A stretch of 64,000 bases of DNA. Source: Octopus vulgaris. Its lineage: Eukaryota. Positions 40,807 through 55,402 of this stretch are shown here, piece after piece (within the stretch, counting starts at the first letter, position 1; the number at the start of each line of letters is the position of its first letter). The translations under genes and the position numbers were made by a program. Where the stretch lies: NCBI GenBank assembly GCA_951406725.2, contig OX597814.1, positions 173,166,001 through 173,230,000 on the forward strand, given 5' to 3'. Below the pieces are notes generated by a model. The model was not told the DNA's origin. It did not search any database and saw only the letters and a program-made list of their open reading frames with translations.

Positions 40807-40882
40807 CTGCGTGCATATGTATGTATTTGCAATGAATTGGTTGACAGTGACTTCAAAGTCATTTGACAATCTCATGATGAAT
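40413..40882. repeat. inverted repeat with 61 bp near-perfect outer arms extended by (CA)n/(TG)n
   Basis: 40413-40473 matches the reverse complement of 40822-40882 with one mismatch seen. Confidence 0.9.
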
Positions 40883-41071
40883 AATAAACCAAAATTTCGA
40901 AACCACTATCAATCCTTCCTTTGTGAAAATTGTTATGTACTCAACTAAAAATTAATGAGTTAATTAAAGTTAAACTGCTTTTGTATATTGCTTCACTTAA
41001 AACAGACATCTATACATCTAGCTATCTCTCACTGCCTGTGTGCGTGTGCGTGTGCGTGTGCGTGTGCATAA

Positions 41072-41132
<61 letters not shown>

Positions 41133-41722
41133 TGCGTATGTGTGTGTGTGTGTAACTGTTTGTCTGTCAAATCTGTGAATGGCCTAACCACTGTCAAAAA
41201 TAAATAAGTGAACATATATATAAGAAGAAGGACAGAAAGAAACAAGAAAGTAAACAAGAGATGTTTAAAGTTACTAAGTTCGTTCATTGATAATCTATGA
41301 AGACAATGGCTTCATCCATACATTTCAACAAGGGATGCAATCTCCTAGTGGGAGCCAGAAAACCACGACTGCTCCCGCAATACGCCACACCTTCTAAAAC
41401 AACAGAACTGGTGATATTTCATTAGCCTAGATGTGAGGAATATCCTTGTCACCACAGCAAGACTATTTGACTCATAGCAGGGGATGTCAATTATATGCTA
41501 CACTGACTTACACTCGCTAGACACCGATGCTAGTCTAACGTAAGCTTGTTTTAAAAGTGATAAAGATCTACACGCACATTTGAACGAAGAGATCTCCAAA
41601 TTTCGCAGTACCAACTAATAAGGTGTGATTCCAGTTTATAAAACATCATTCCAGTTCTTAGTCCCGCATCGTGGTTGCTGTCCCAGAATGGCAGTATTTT
41701 ACCATTTGCACCGGTTACTACC

Positions 41723-41956
41723 TATTTTTTTACTACCCACAAGGGGCTAAAGACAAAAGGGACAAACAAGGACAGACAAACGGTTTAAGTCGATAATATC
41801 GAGCCCAGTGCGCAGCTGGTACTTATTTGATCAACCCCCGAAAGGATGAAAGGCAAAGTCGACCTCAGCGGGATTTAAACTCAGAACGTAGCGACAGACG
41901 AAATACCGCAAAGCATTTCGCCCGGCGTGCTAACGTTTCTGCTAGCTAACCGCCTT
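41723..41956 (-). mobile_element. SINE family A with 17 bp TSD
   Basis: TTGCACCGGTTACTACC at 41706-41722 and 41959-41975. Confidence 0.9.
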
Positions 41957-42317
41957 AGTTGCACCGGTTACTACCATCGGCCTGCTGTCGCCAACTTCGA
42001 AGTTGTGAAGATGAAGGCCACTTATTTTCTTCTATGCTTCATTTGATTAAATGTAAACATGCCACTAGACATGCGCTTATATGTAATACCCGTACGTATA
42101 CATCGATACCTTATTGGATGTCCATTCATTTCGTAGAGTTTATCTACCCCATGACAGGTCTTCTTTTTCATCCTGGTGGAGTGGTAGAGTGCCAGTTTAG
42201 TCGCCGTCTATATAATCCATTATGCACACAGACACAGACGCATATATATAGGATTTTGATTATTGATAAAAAAAAAACGTGCTTGTGGATGTATTTATAT
42301 ATATATATATGTATGTG

Positions 42318-42361
<44 letters not shown>

Positions 42362-42369
42362 CATATACA

Positions 42370-42419
<50 letters not shown>

Positions 42420-42424
42420 TGGAT

Positions 42425-42456
<32 letters not shown>

Positions 42457-42547
42457 GCATATATGTATACATATATATATACATATATATCTTAATATAT
42501 ATACGTATATGTATATGTATCTACACACACATGCACACACAAATATT

Positions 42548-42603
<56 letters not shown>

Positions 42604-43922
42604 AGTGTATAATTATATGTATGTAGGTATGAATGCATTTGAATACATATATTATATACATATTTATCTGTTTGTCTGCTGCCCTAGATTTGAATTTATT
42701 CATTGTGTTTCTGCTTGTATTCTTTATTTGTTTTATTTCTGATTATTTCCAAAACAATAATATGAGACCTGGAAGAAGAAAATAAAATATTTATAGTCAA
42801 GTTTTATGAAAATAGTTTTCCTTAATTAAGATAAATTCCGTAGATTTCCTCCACCTTTGCCATAGCATATCGAAAGCTTTGATCTAGAATTACTTCCCTT
42901 TTTAATAAAAACAAACCAAGGAAAAATGGTAAATAAATAACCTGCCATAAGTCGCAGAGGGGTGCCAATACTGAGCTTGAAGAATTTTAAAAAAATATGC
43001 AACATGAATCATTTACTTAGTGGGGGATACAGATTTTTTGCTTAGTTTTGTCATTTCAATTCCCCTTGCTGTTAATTGAGACAAATAATCTTAAATCCTA
43101 CTAAGAATTTAAAAGAAAAAAAATCTATGAAATAAAAAGAAATGGAACTATAAAGTATAAATTAAAATGTGTAAACAGTTACACAGATAATAAACAGAAA
43201 AATCTTTAGTGTATTAGCAGAGATAAGTTGAATTAAATCTAAAGGACTTAAGAAATGAACGAGGTTGCTTCTCTCTGTCTCTATGTTTTTCTCAGTCAGA
43301 TGTCATGTTATTTCAACTAGGTTTCGCTGATGTATTTTAGACATGATGGATGTCATCACATCATACTCTACGAAGATTGTTACTGCCGTATGGCATCTTC
43401 ATATCAACCTCTACTTCACTTACGCTTAGAATGGAAGCCGTGCTGTGCGACACTTCCCGTAACACGTTCTCATACTCGCTTTCTTGATTTCTCCCTGACA
43501 TACTCTCTTTCATCTTCCTTTCTTTCTCTTTCTTTCTCTCTCCCTCTCGCCTCCTAATGTCTTTTCCTTTTTCTTTTCCCCAATTCAGTAGTAGCAAGCT
43601 TGACAAAAGCAACTGAATCAGAAAAGAATATAGTACGGGACGTATATATGTGTTCGTTAATTGAGAAGTTGACATCTTTCACTTGTAATGCAGTTTTGAT
43701 ATCACCGTATAAAACGCTTAATTTTCAAACGTAGTGTTACAGCAGCAATTAGCGGAAATAATTGGAAAGAGCCTAACTACCACTCATTTTTACTCTTGTG
43801 GAACCAAAAACCCAATCTTCAGGAATTCGATAGTGTTACTAATAAATTTTTCCAAAAATTCTATCGTTCACGAAGATAAATTTTCACAAAATTACATTGA
43901 CACATGATCAATTGATTAAAAA

Positions 43923-44340
43923 TATTTTTTTTATTGCCCACAAGGGGCTAAACATAGAGGGGACAAACAATGACAGACAAAGGGATTAAGTCGATTATAT
44001 CGACCCCAGTGCGTAACTGGTACTTTATTTATCGGCTCCGAAAGGATGAAAGGATGAAAGGCAAAGTCGACCTCGGCGGAATATGAACTCAGAACGTAAC
44101 GGCAGACGAAATACCTATTTCTTTACTATCCACAAGGGGCTAAACACTGAGAGGACAAACAAAGACAGACAAACGGATTAAGTCGATTATATCAACCCCA
44201 GTGCGTAACCTATTTAATCGACCCCGAAAGGATGAAAGGCAAAGTCGACCTCGACGGAATTTAAACTCAGAACGTAACGGCAGACGAAATACCGCTAAGC
44301 ATTTCGCCCGGCGCGCCAACGTTTCTGCAAGCTCGCCGCC
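43923..44340 (-). mobile_element. SINE family A dimer
   Basis: Junction GACGAAATACC|TATTTC at 44115. The whole dimer is flanked by CAAT(T/C)GATTAAAAAT. Confidence 0.85.
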
Positions 44341-44603
44341 AATCGATTAAAAATTTATTTGAGGACGTAAAGGCAGCTGTAAAGTGATTAGAATCCAGAA
44401 AGTGGATACTAATACATGTTACCGTTAAAAGAGTGGAAAAAGACAGGAAACAGCATGGGGCCAGTAAAAATGAAGATGGGCCATATCACAAGACAATCCA
44501 GAGAAGAAAGGCAAAAAGGAGACTGGGAATCTTTTACGTTGACAATTCTATGTCTTTGGAGATGCTGAAGCTTACAATCATCCAAAAGAGTAACCACAAA
44601 GTA

Positions 44604-45094
44604 CTGTAAATCCTTGAGTATGGTCTGCCCTTGAGTATAATACGCAGGGGATTTTTAGGGGGCTGTACCTCTGAAAAACCTAAACTTTGTGTATAATATG
44701 CACCCCTTCTCTAACTTGAGTCAAGGAGGTCTATATAATGTCCTTGGTTTGTAAAAATGTATACGGCAACGTCCTTTATTATTATTGTATATATAACATA
44801 ATGAAAACGTGTGGATTTTTTGTGCATTTTGTTTGCAGAAAATAAAGAAGTAACAGTAATAACATTTAATAAATGTTGCTTACTGCAAGTTATGGATGAT
44901 TCTTTTATGACTTCATAACTTTCAGGCTTAGCTTGAGGTATTTTCGCCCCTGACATCACAAAATGTGTCTGGATAAACATTGCCGGACAGCAAATAGAGG
45001 CTCGGACATTGCTTAGAAAATATATAGTACGCACTAGGGATTTTTGCCTTTAAATTTTGGGAAAAAAATGCGGATTATACTCGAGGATTTACGG
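44604..45094. mobile_element. pogo/Tigger-like non-autonomous DNA transposon
   Basis: TIRs TA|CTGTAAATCCTTGAGTA ... TACTCGAGGATTTACGG, with subterminal repeats of GAGTATAATACGCA-like motifs. Confidence 0.7.
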
Positions 45095-45795
45095 TTCTTG
45101 AAATGGTAAGGGAGCAGAAAAAGGACAAATTACATATTGCACTGAATGCAGACGAAATAGAGATCGAATACCTGATCGCTCTTCCTTTACGAGGATAGAT
45201 TGTTGTCGAAAACTTCCTCAGTGGTCTGTCGACATAGCAACAGTCAAAAATACTCACGGGCAGTTTCAGAGTACACACTTTACAGGTGACTGAAGTGGAA
45301 GGTTGTCAATGTTATGAGTGTTATGGTCCTAAGAATTGTTTAACGTGTCCATACATTGTATTATGGTCTTTGTTCTATTCGCTGCTAATTATATATAAGT
45401 ACATCACCGTGTATTTTGAAACACTTTTAGCTGTATGAACTGAGCATCGATGCCGTTACTGAAGAAGGCAGAGGACAAAACACAATTGATAATGTGTGGT
45501 CATAACTACACTAAATGCAAAGTTAAAGATTCTGAGCTGGCAGAATCTTTAAAGCTTGAGGAAAATGCTTTAAAGTATTTCTTTCATCTCTTTATGTTCT
45601 TTCAATCCAGTGAAGCTCAACTTAGCTTTCGTTCTTTTCGAGTCGATAAAATAAAGTATCAGTCAAGTACTAGGTTCGTTATAATCGACTGACCCCCACT
45701 TAAGAAGTTACTGACTTTGTGCTCAAAATTTGAAACAATTGTTAAAGAAAGGATTATTATTATTATTATCATCATCATCATCATCATCCTCATCC

Positions 45796-45835
<40 letters not shown>

Positions 45836-45848
45836 TATTATTATTATT

Positions 45849-46293
45849 GAGTGAGAGAGTAGTGCATGCCATCAAAGTGACACTGGGATAAAATATACGA
45901 AGCCCAGTATACCCATCATGACTACCCGTCTGATAAGGGTATACCAGGTACATGCAACACAACCATATGTGCGTGACATGGTGATCTTATATCAAAATAA
46001 ACAGCGCATGACCTTGCAGGTGGGGCCCAGTTAGAATTTTCTTCTGGTCGAGTAACCCATCCCGCTCAAAAGGTCCCTGAATAAGGGTTGTTTAAGGATG
46101 TTGAATGAAACACCCATGTTTTCAGAGGTGAATTATTCAAACCCCAAAGAACCCCTCTCAAAACATGGCTATGATGCTCCCCCACTACTTCTGCTCGTGA
46201 TCAGAGATGCACGTATCGTCAGCCACTAAGGGACATGCTCAACTGGTTAAGGTAAAAAAAAACTCACAAGCAAATATGTGGTATTGTGCAGAT
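45849..46293 (-). mobile_element. non-coding element in (TAA)n, copy 1 (shorter)
   Basis: Highly similar to 46346-46832 and bounded by (TTA)n. The strand is inferred from the tail. Confidence 0.75.
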
Positions 46294-46301
46294 CATTATT
46301 A

Positions 46302-46345
<44 letters not shown>

Positions 46346-46832
46346 GAGTGAGAGAGCAGTGCATGCCATCAAAGTGACACTGGGGTAAAATATACGAAGC
46401 CCAGTATACCCATCATGACTACCCGTCTGATAAGGGTACACCAGGCACATGCATCACAACCATATGTGCGCGACATGATGATCTCATATCAAGATAAACA
46501 GCGCATGACCTTGCAGGTGGGGCCCAGTTAGAATTTTCTTCAGGTTGAGTAACCCATCCCACTCAAAAGGTCCCTGAATAAGGGTTGTATAAGGATGTTG
46601 AAAGAACCACCCATGTTTCCAGAGGTGAATTATTCAAACCCCAAAGAATTCCTCTCAACACATGGCTATGATGCTCCCCCACTACTTCTGTTCGTGATCA
46701 GAGATGCACATATCGTCAGCCACTAAGGGACATGCTCAACTGGTTACGGTCAAACATCTGACAAGCAAATCTGTGGTATTGAGCAGAATATTTGCTGTAG
46801 CCCATCTTTTATACCAAGACATAACAATGTAT
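46346..46832 (-). mobile_element. non-coding element in (TAA)n, copy 2
   Basis: Bounded by (TTA)n on both sides and extends ~45 bp further than copy 1. Confidence 0.75.
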
Positions 46833-47494
46833 ATTATTATTATTATTATTATTGGTATTGTTATCAATTTTATTGAGTCTCACTAATTTAAGTGAATTTA
46901 TGTACAGTTTTCGTGGTTCTTTTTTACTAATGTAAGTTAGATTCGTTCTGTTTATTTTATTGTTATACTAAAGAGTGGACGAAGTGTTATATATCATACC
47001 TCATTTACGGTTACAAGTTTGTTTGTTAATTCTTTATTTTTATAATGCTATAGCGGTGACAGTCGGCATTGTTTTTTATTTATTTATTTATTTATTTATT
47101 TTATTGCTTTTCAAAAGAATTAGCTAACTTCCTCTTACATGAAGTTAAAAGAATGAAAATATTTTTGTATTAATAATATTTGCCAATAATATTAACAACA
47201 ATAACAATAATATCTATAATTCAGGCAATATTGTCAATGTGAACAGAAAAGAAAACATAATACCTAAATGAAGTCGCGTGAAAATTGATGCAAGAAGTAC
47301 GGTGACTGTTTTCATGTTTACGAAGACAGAGGAAATGTTAAAACCGAAGAAACAACATACATTTTAAAGAATAATATACCTTAATTTCCAAAGGACGCAA
47401 GAAAAATGGAAGAAATAGGGAAAAAGGAGACAATACTAACCATGAAGGACGGATCGCTAATGGTTTAATTGATGTCATTTTTAAGTTGGAGGAA

Positions 47495-47950
47495 AACAGT
47501 GAGCTAGCAGAATCGTCAGTGCGTCGACCAAATTGATAAGCAACATTTTTCTGGTTCTTTACGTTCTAAGTTCAAATCTTGCTGATTGCTGACTTTGTAC
47601 TGACTTTGCCTTTCATCCTTTCGGATTCGATAAAATAAAGTCCCAGTCAAGTACAGAAGTTGATATAATCTATTTTCCCTTTCCTGATATTTGCTAGCTT
47701 TATGCTAAAATTTGAAACGATAGGGTAAACGATTTGAAACGATTGACAGAATCGATACCGCATCGGACAAAATGTTTGGCGGGCATTTCTTTCGGCGGCT
47801 TACTTCCTGAATTCAAATTCCACCGCGGTTGACTTTGTGGTTCATCCTTTCGGGATCGCTAAAATAAAGTACCAGTCGAGTACTGAGGTCAATATTATCG
47901 ACATCCTCCTCTCCTCAAAATTGTTAGCCTTGAGCAAAAATTAGAAAGAA
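47495..47950 (+). mobile_element. two old SINE family A copies
   Basis: GAGCTAGCAGAATCG...GTTCAAAT...GACTTTG...TTCATCCTTTCGG occurs twice. Similar old copies lie at 23790, 45533 and 63685. Confidence 0.7.
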
Positions 47951-49312
47951 TTCTTTAAGTTGGAGGAATTAACAAGAAAATGCGCAGGAGTAATACAGGT
48001 TTCAACAAGTTTCTTACTAGTGCCTTATTACAGAAGAAAGTATCGTTAATGTGAAAGCAATACTTGTAGAGATACAAGAGCAGTTGTGAAAATTACGCAA
48101 ACCTCCTTAGGCCCTTCCAGCTGCTTGCAAAATTTCTGAATAGATTTTTCAAGAGCAACAACGCAAACTTCAACTCCTAGAAGGTTGCCTATGCTGTATT
48201 AAGAAATATTTATTGAAATGTAATGATAGTTTGGATCCCAAACATTTTTATAGCTGGCTACACAAAATTCAGGTCTGTAATCTGTACGGATAATTGATAT
48301 CGGAGGTTTACTCAATAACCTGACTACTTGAAATTGAACGCATCATTTAAAGCGCTGAAAACCTAAATTGACCGGATTAATGAGCTAATTAAGCGAGTGC
48401 GATGGATGTGATGTTAACAAAAATGTTGAGTGGATTAAAAACACAAATTACATTAGATTCATTGAAGTTGAATAAAGAAGTTGTGATATAAAACATTAAA
48501 CAGCAGGATGATTAGTAGATAGTTTCAAAACGGCTGGCAAAAAGACATGTCGGCCGAGATATTAGTAGTAGTGATGATGAACCTTGTTTTTTGGACACTA
48601 GAAAACAAAGGTTTACGTTCTTTGTTCTAAGGTGCATGTACTAAAACACGAAAATACAAAGTTGTTCGATGGATTTGGAGGCATCACAGTCACTATACAG
48701 TTTTTCATTAACTATAATCGGTGCAGTTGCTCTTTCAAACATATCTGCGCAGTTAACAACACTTTGCTAAAATATTTATGGGAAGAATTTTCTAACATAG
48801 TTAATTCTTCCACTAACTGAAAAGCCCATAACGGTTTCTGATGTATGCTTGCTATTGTGTGGTTGAACGAGGAAAATCCTCTGAGCAAGAATGATCTGTG
48901 TTACAAGCTTAATTTCATCTTGCAAAATTTGTTCACAACTGTCACTGCAAGTACAAACTGCCACTGACAGCAAATTGAATACTTACAGATGTACGTGCCG
49001 AGGAATGATGCGAATAAGAAAGACATAATAGATATTGTTTAGCTATAGCTTTATTACGTACAAAGCTAAAGATTCTAATAAAGGGAGTGATGTAGGGGTC
49101 AGCGTTTGTCCTTCATAATGTTGTTGGCAATGGGCGGACATATGAGACTCCGCTAAGTCCACTTCATGAGATTTAAGGTAAAACGGCATAGTTTTAGATC
49201 TGATTTTGATAGTGTGCTGAGTAACTAAGTTATAAGAAGGTGATTTCACCTCTATTTTTAGTATGTCAAGTGACCACGTAGAATCTTTATTGCTGGCTTA
49301 AGGTTCATTATT

Positions 49313-49900
49313 GGATCAGGTCAGGTAAGGTATGGGGGCATGCACTGTGCATTGCGCTGCTGCATCTACCATTTGTCGGTATCTGCACGGGTTGTCCTGG
49401 GTAACTCTTCGAGCAGTGTCTCTCTCAGTTCTCATCTTCGCGAAATACTTTCTCATCCGCTGTGACCATGAGGCATGTGACCGACTAACACGAGCAGCCG
49501 CCCCAGCCTGATCCCGAGAGAAAAGACCACGGTACGCATGAACCAAATCGAAAAATCGTGCAATATGATCAAATATTGTTGACACTCTCGAATCGAACGA
49601 GTAATAGGACGCATCCCAGGTTGAATACGAAATCTGACCAAAGGTAAATTATAATTCTGCAAAGCGTCCTGGTACCGAAGGAGTTCAGACATCTCCTAAA
49701 GGCTTCAGACAGTGTTTCAGTTTCACTATTATAGAGCAGGACAGGGAGGACAAGAGACAAAGTCTCGAACATTTTTTTCGCATGCTCAGGATATCGACAG
49801 AGCCAAACACTCTTGGCCATCAAATCCACAACCACACCAGCACGCCCAAGTCTGTTTACGACTTCGGGCTTGCAGCATCAACAATTTCGGCATTCTTACC
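49313..49900 (-). pseudogene. RTE-clade LINE 3' fragment
   Basis: EVVNRLGRA...SVW...LVLPVLLYNSET.TL...RRCLNSF..R.L.RI...WSDFV.N...IFDHIAR, followed by an (ACCTG)n tail. Confidence 0.85.
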
Positions 49901-50247
49901 TATTCATTTCTTTTTTTTATTCTATTTTTCTACGCAGAGTAATATTTTCCAGGAAGTTTTATAATTATATTTAAGTACAGACATTTTTGAAAGAATTGCA
50001 GGTGTATTGGACAAAGCGAATCATGCTGATGTTCTTGTTATTGCATAGCCTCACGTCCGATCTGATCTAACAGACAGATCAAAAGTGTTACCGTCAAGAC
50101 AATGCCATCCGTAGAGCACAGAATAGGTTTAGTAAAGGATTATGTATGTAACAAGGAGGTATTAAGCATCAGAGACTGCAGAAGAATCAACGAGAGAAAC
50201 AATGAAGGAAACAAGTTACTAGGAGCTTTTTATTTTAAAAAAATGTA

Positions 50248-50425
50248 TTTAGGAATGGTCATGTTGCCAGTTTAGCCAATAAAAACACATTTGCTTCAGC
50301 TTTATTTATTTTTTACATTAATCTTAATTAAGATTAATGTGAAAAATAAAGCTGAAGCAAATTAACACCAAATATATAGTACGTGGTTTTTTATTGGCAA
50401 AACTGGCAACATGACCATTCCTAAA
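50248..50425. repeat. spacer-less imperfect palindrome
   Basis: TTTAGGAATGGTCATGTTGCCAGTT...AACTGGCAACATGACCATTCCTAAA, centred on ATTAATCTTAATTAAGATTAAT. Confidence 0.85.
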
Positions 50426-50813
50426 AACAACAACATCTGTTTCAACACACGATTTCACATCAAGAATCTTGCAAAACAAATATATAAGCGTAATAATTTT
50501 AAAAATTGTTCTCTATGAAAGATTTAGCTTTGTGGAAGAATCAAACAGATTTTGTTTACATCAGAACATCGTTGATGCAGCAGGTCTATGATTACACCCA
50601 ACCTACCAGCTGTGACCATTGAGTATTTTCATTTGGAACATTATAGATCAAGGATAAGATGTATGTTGCTGAAAATGTACGTAATTTTATAATTATAGCT
50701 ATACGATAGCTATTTTTGGAAGGACGAATCATTATGTGCAACAAACCTCACTACTCGAAATGAGTTTGTCGAACGTTAGGTGCCCAAAGAGTAAAATATC
50801 TCGTATATATACC

Positions 50814-51045
50814 TGTTTCTATACTACCCACAAGGGGCTAAACACAGAGAGGACAAACAAGGACAGACAGACGGATTAAGTCGATTACATCGACCCCAGT
50901 GCGTAACTGATACTTAATTTATCGACCACTAAAGGATGAAAGGCAAAGTCGACCTCGGCGGAATTTGAACTCAGAACGTAACGGCAGACAAACTATCGCT
51001 AAGCATTTCGCCCGGCTTGCTAACGATTCTGCCAGCTCGCCGCCT
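50814..51045 (-). mobile_element. SINE family A with 18 bp TSD
   Basis: ATATCTCGTATATATACC at 50796-50813 and 51053-51070. Confidence 0.9.
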
Positions 51046-51523
51046 TAAATATATATCTCGTATATATACCGTGAACCCAATAGAATTCTTGTGTGGATAG
51101 TCTTTTTGCCTTATATAGGGTAAATAATACTCATGCGGATACAAATAAAGGGTTACGAATAAGAAAACTCATACCATACAGAAAATCAAGCTTAAAATCA
51201 AGTTTAAGTCTGTAGGTATAATCATATATTAGAACACAATAGATAATCGTATCTATATGGACACAAAGACATAACAACAGCAAATATGGAGAAGCCTAAG
51301 TGTATAACCATAAACATATGGCAATAATACATACACAATAATAACCATAGTTACAGACACACTCAAACATATACATATACACACAATTCTATGATTTTTA
51401 TATGCGTATATATTTGTGTTTGTAAGTGTGCGTGCGTGCAAATATATGCATCTGTGCAAATATATGCGTGTATATGGATGAATATAGAAACATACAGATA
51501 TGCGCGTGCGTTTTCATACACGC

Positions 51524-51664
<141 letters not shown>

Positions 51665-52553
51665 TACACACACACACGCACACATATATATATAAATAAT
51701 ATACATATACACAAACACATATGCGCACACACAAATTCGTACATACATACGTGTGTACATAAAATCTTGCATGTATAAAATTGTGATAATAAAAAAGAAA
51801 GCGATGAATGAAAAAGTAAATAAATACAGCAATGAAACTGGAAATTGTTTTTTATTGGTGAAAGCTTAAAATGAAATAAAAATTATTTTACATTGACATA
51901 TTTATCACGCTGAACTGTATTTCACTTGCTATAAAAATTGTCTGCGCATATGGATGTAAATATTGTATGTATCTATGTATGTATGTATGCATTCATGCAT
52001 GTATGTATGTGTGTGTGTGTTTGAGTAGGTAATACATATATATATATATATGCGTGTGTGTGTTTTTGTGTGTATGTATATTTTATATATGTATATGAGG
52101 AATATGAAGGTATATATATTCATAAATACTGTCAACCGTAGTCTCATATATACATATATAATATAACATATACACACAGAGGCATAGACATACATACATG
52201 TATATATATATATATGTGTATATATATATATATATACATATGTGTATACACACAAATATATATGTACATGCATGCATACAAAAATATATATATATAAATT
52301 TATGTATATATATATATATATATATATATGGACATATATATGTGCGTGCGTGCGTATGTATATATATATATATATACATACACGCATATTTACATACATA
52401 TTTGAATACAATGTATGATTCTACCAATTAAAGATATTTTTCTATTCGTATATATCTCTATTCTAATAATATATATTATCTACGGTCATACACATATATA
52501 TATATACGTATAAAAAACCCCACACATATATGTATGCATTCATGCATACATAG

Positions 52554-52628
<75 letters not shown>

Positions 52629-52664
52629 TGTATGTATGTATGTATGTATGCATGTATGTATGCA

Positions 52665-52700
<36 letters not shown>

Positions 52701-53422
52701 TGTATGTATGTATGTATGTATGTATGTATGTATGTATGCATGCATGTATGTATGTATGTATGTATGTATGTATGTATGTATGTATGTATGTATTCATGGA
52801 TGTATGACTTCATTGAATCGATTACTTATTGTTTTATATTACTTTAAATGTTCTTTCTCCATTTGTTTTTTTTTTTTTAGTTATTGTCGTTACTGTTGCA
52901 TATTTGTTTAGCATCATATCGGGGATTGGTGCGGCGGCAATGGCGAGTACGAGGGCAGTCATATTGGCGGCGGCAGTGGTGGTGCTGCTGGTTGTGATTG
53001 TGGTGGTGTGGTTTCTATGATATTATTAATATTTAAGATATTTTTATTAATTTTTTTTTTTTTTTATTCTATTGAATCTTAGATTATTGCAATTGTTATT
53101 TTCCCTCGCAAAATAAACATATTTCATATATTTAAGATTTCGATTTTTCTCCTCTTTTTGAGCTTATTTGTGTGTAGTTTTGTAGATTTATTTGTATTTG
53201 TGTGTGTGTGTGTGTTTGTGTTTGTATATGTGTGTGTGTGTGTGTAAGCACGCGTGTGTAAATATTTGTTTGTTTGCGTGAATGTCTGCCTGTCTTATGA
53301 TTGCTTCTGTGACAGTGTACGTATATGTGTATGTGTGTGTGCGTGTGTGCATGCGTGTGTGTGTGAGAGAGAGAGAGAGAGCGTGTGCGTGTGTGCGAGA
53401 GAGAGAGAGAGAGAGAAAGAGC

Positions 53423-53454
<32 letters not shown>

Positions 53455-53458
53455 AAGC

Positions 53459-53498
<40 letters not shown>

Positions 53499-55363
53499 TT
53501 GTGTGTGTGTGTGTGTCATTTGTTAGTTTTTCTCGTTTGTATTCTTTACTGCTGTATTCATTTACAGAATATACGCACGACTAACGCATGCATAAACTCT
53601 CTCACAGATGCACATAAATACATATGCATGTATACTTTTAGTATCACTCACACACACATATATATAACTATATTCACACGCACACTCATATATATATGCC
53701 CACATACAGTCACATATATCTATCGTTAAATATGCGTGTGAGACAGTTTATGCGTGTATGTACAAATATGCATATATGTATGTAAATATACATACATACA
53801 TATATATATGTGTGTGTATATATATATGTATATATATATATATACATACCTACATATGCATCTGATATATACTAATTCTCTGCTATATATCTCCCACACA
53901 AACACATCCTTACACATGCATATTCACAAATAACAACAATCTCCCCAGTAGATGTCAACACAACGGTTGTGTGTGTGTGTGTATGTGTGTGTGTGTATGT
54001 GTGTGTATGTGTGTGTGCATGCGTTCGTGCGTGCGTGTGTATGTACGCGCGTGTTTTAGAGAGAGTGGAGTGTGGGGTTTTAAGGACTGAAGGCTGAGGT
54101 GCAATGACCCGGTAAGCCTTTCATCTAACTGTAATTATTCAGGACTTCCTCTCATCTCAGAAGACTTTTATCTTCTCATTTTCATTCTTTCACCCATAAC
54201 ATTATGACAACAGTTATTCACTCTCACAAAACAGTTCTTTACTTATGCATTATTTTTATTGCATTCTTGTTGTGAGTAATTGTTGATGGCTGTTGCTGTT
54301 CTTCTTGGAGCCTAACTTGAACGGCATTTTTCACGTTTAAACACTTAATGACGGGTGCCAATGGGACAATATATGAATTCCATTCGTAAACACATTATAA
54401 TTATACTAATGCTTTTAAAATAAAATGCCACCATTAAGGATATTGTAAATCCATAATTTTCTGATGGAAAATCTTTAATATCGATGGAAGTATCTGCAAG
54501 ACAACAATTCAGTCCGTTTATTAATTTTTTTTAAAGAAAAAAACATGCTTAAGAATGTTATATTTCTCCGAGAAGCATAGAGTACACCTTCTTGAACTCT
54601 TGATATATAGAGACGCTAACTCGATAAGGAACCGATCTATTTTTGTTCAATATTATTATCATTTATATTACAAATATGATGAGGTAAAGCATCTTTCTAA
54701 ATATCTGAATATACATATAGTTTGCGAGGGATATGACTTACAAAATTCTTCGAACTAGTGCAGATTTCTCTGAGCATCCGTTTTTCACACATATCACTGA
54801 AATCATGAAAGTATTACGTGTTTCTTCACCTGACAAGGTATGGATGAAAATGTTATGCATTTTCAAACGGATTAATTGGCAAGCAATCAAATCTCATGCA
54901 AAACAATAATATTTCGATATTTTAGAATATCTTTGGTTATAAATTGTTACGCTACAGGCCTTTATTAATTGCCTGAACAATCAAAAACATCAAGTTCAAA
55001 ATTCTGATTCGAGAAGCTTCAGCTTGATATAAAATCGACATACGTGCCGTATCATTTAAATACATTTTACATATTATTAAATAGAATCTAAACACACCTA
55101 CTTATGATATAAAATATTACATATTATGTGTGCGTGTATGTGTATGTGTCAGTGTGTGTGTGTGTGTGTTTGTGTGTTAATGTATATGTCAGTATATTTA
55201 TACAATTACACACACACATGTATATATACATGTATGTATATATACATATGTGTATGTGTAATTCTAAAAAACGAAGAAAGAAAGCCAAGAATAAAAACAC
55301 AACAGCGTGAGGATATAGCACACGCAAATTATTAATAAGACGCTCATGGAAGGAAAAGGGTAA

Positions 55364-55402
55364 TTGTTTTACGTTTCGAGCATAGCTCTTCTTCGGAAAC
55401 AA
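55364..55402 (-). ncRNA. minimal hammerhead ribozyme fold (core CCGAAGA)
   Basis: TTGTTT CCGAAGA A GAGC TAT GCTC GAAA CG TA AAACAA has a perfect 6 bp stem I, a 4 bp stem II and a GTA triplet. Confidence 0.7.

Noticed and set aside
47990-49000. 1 kb of non-microsatellite sequence as a possible exon cluster
   Set aside because: Only short ORFs and no recognisable motif; most likely old decayed repeat, and I cannot classify it by eye.
54060-54160. Candidate donor CCG|GTAAG
   Set aside because: An isolated splice-like motif with no acceptor or coding evidence.
54930-54941. TCTTTGGTTAT, the start of miR-9
   Set aside because: The match stops after 11 nt and there is no hairpin partner.
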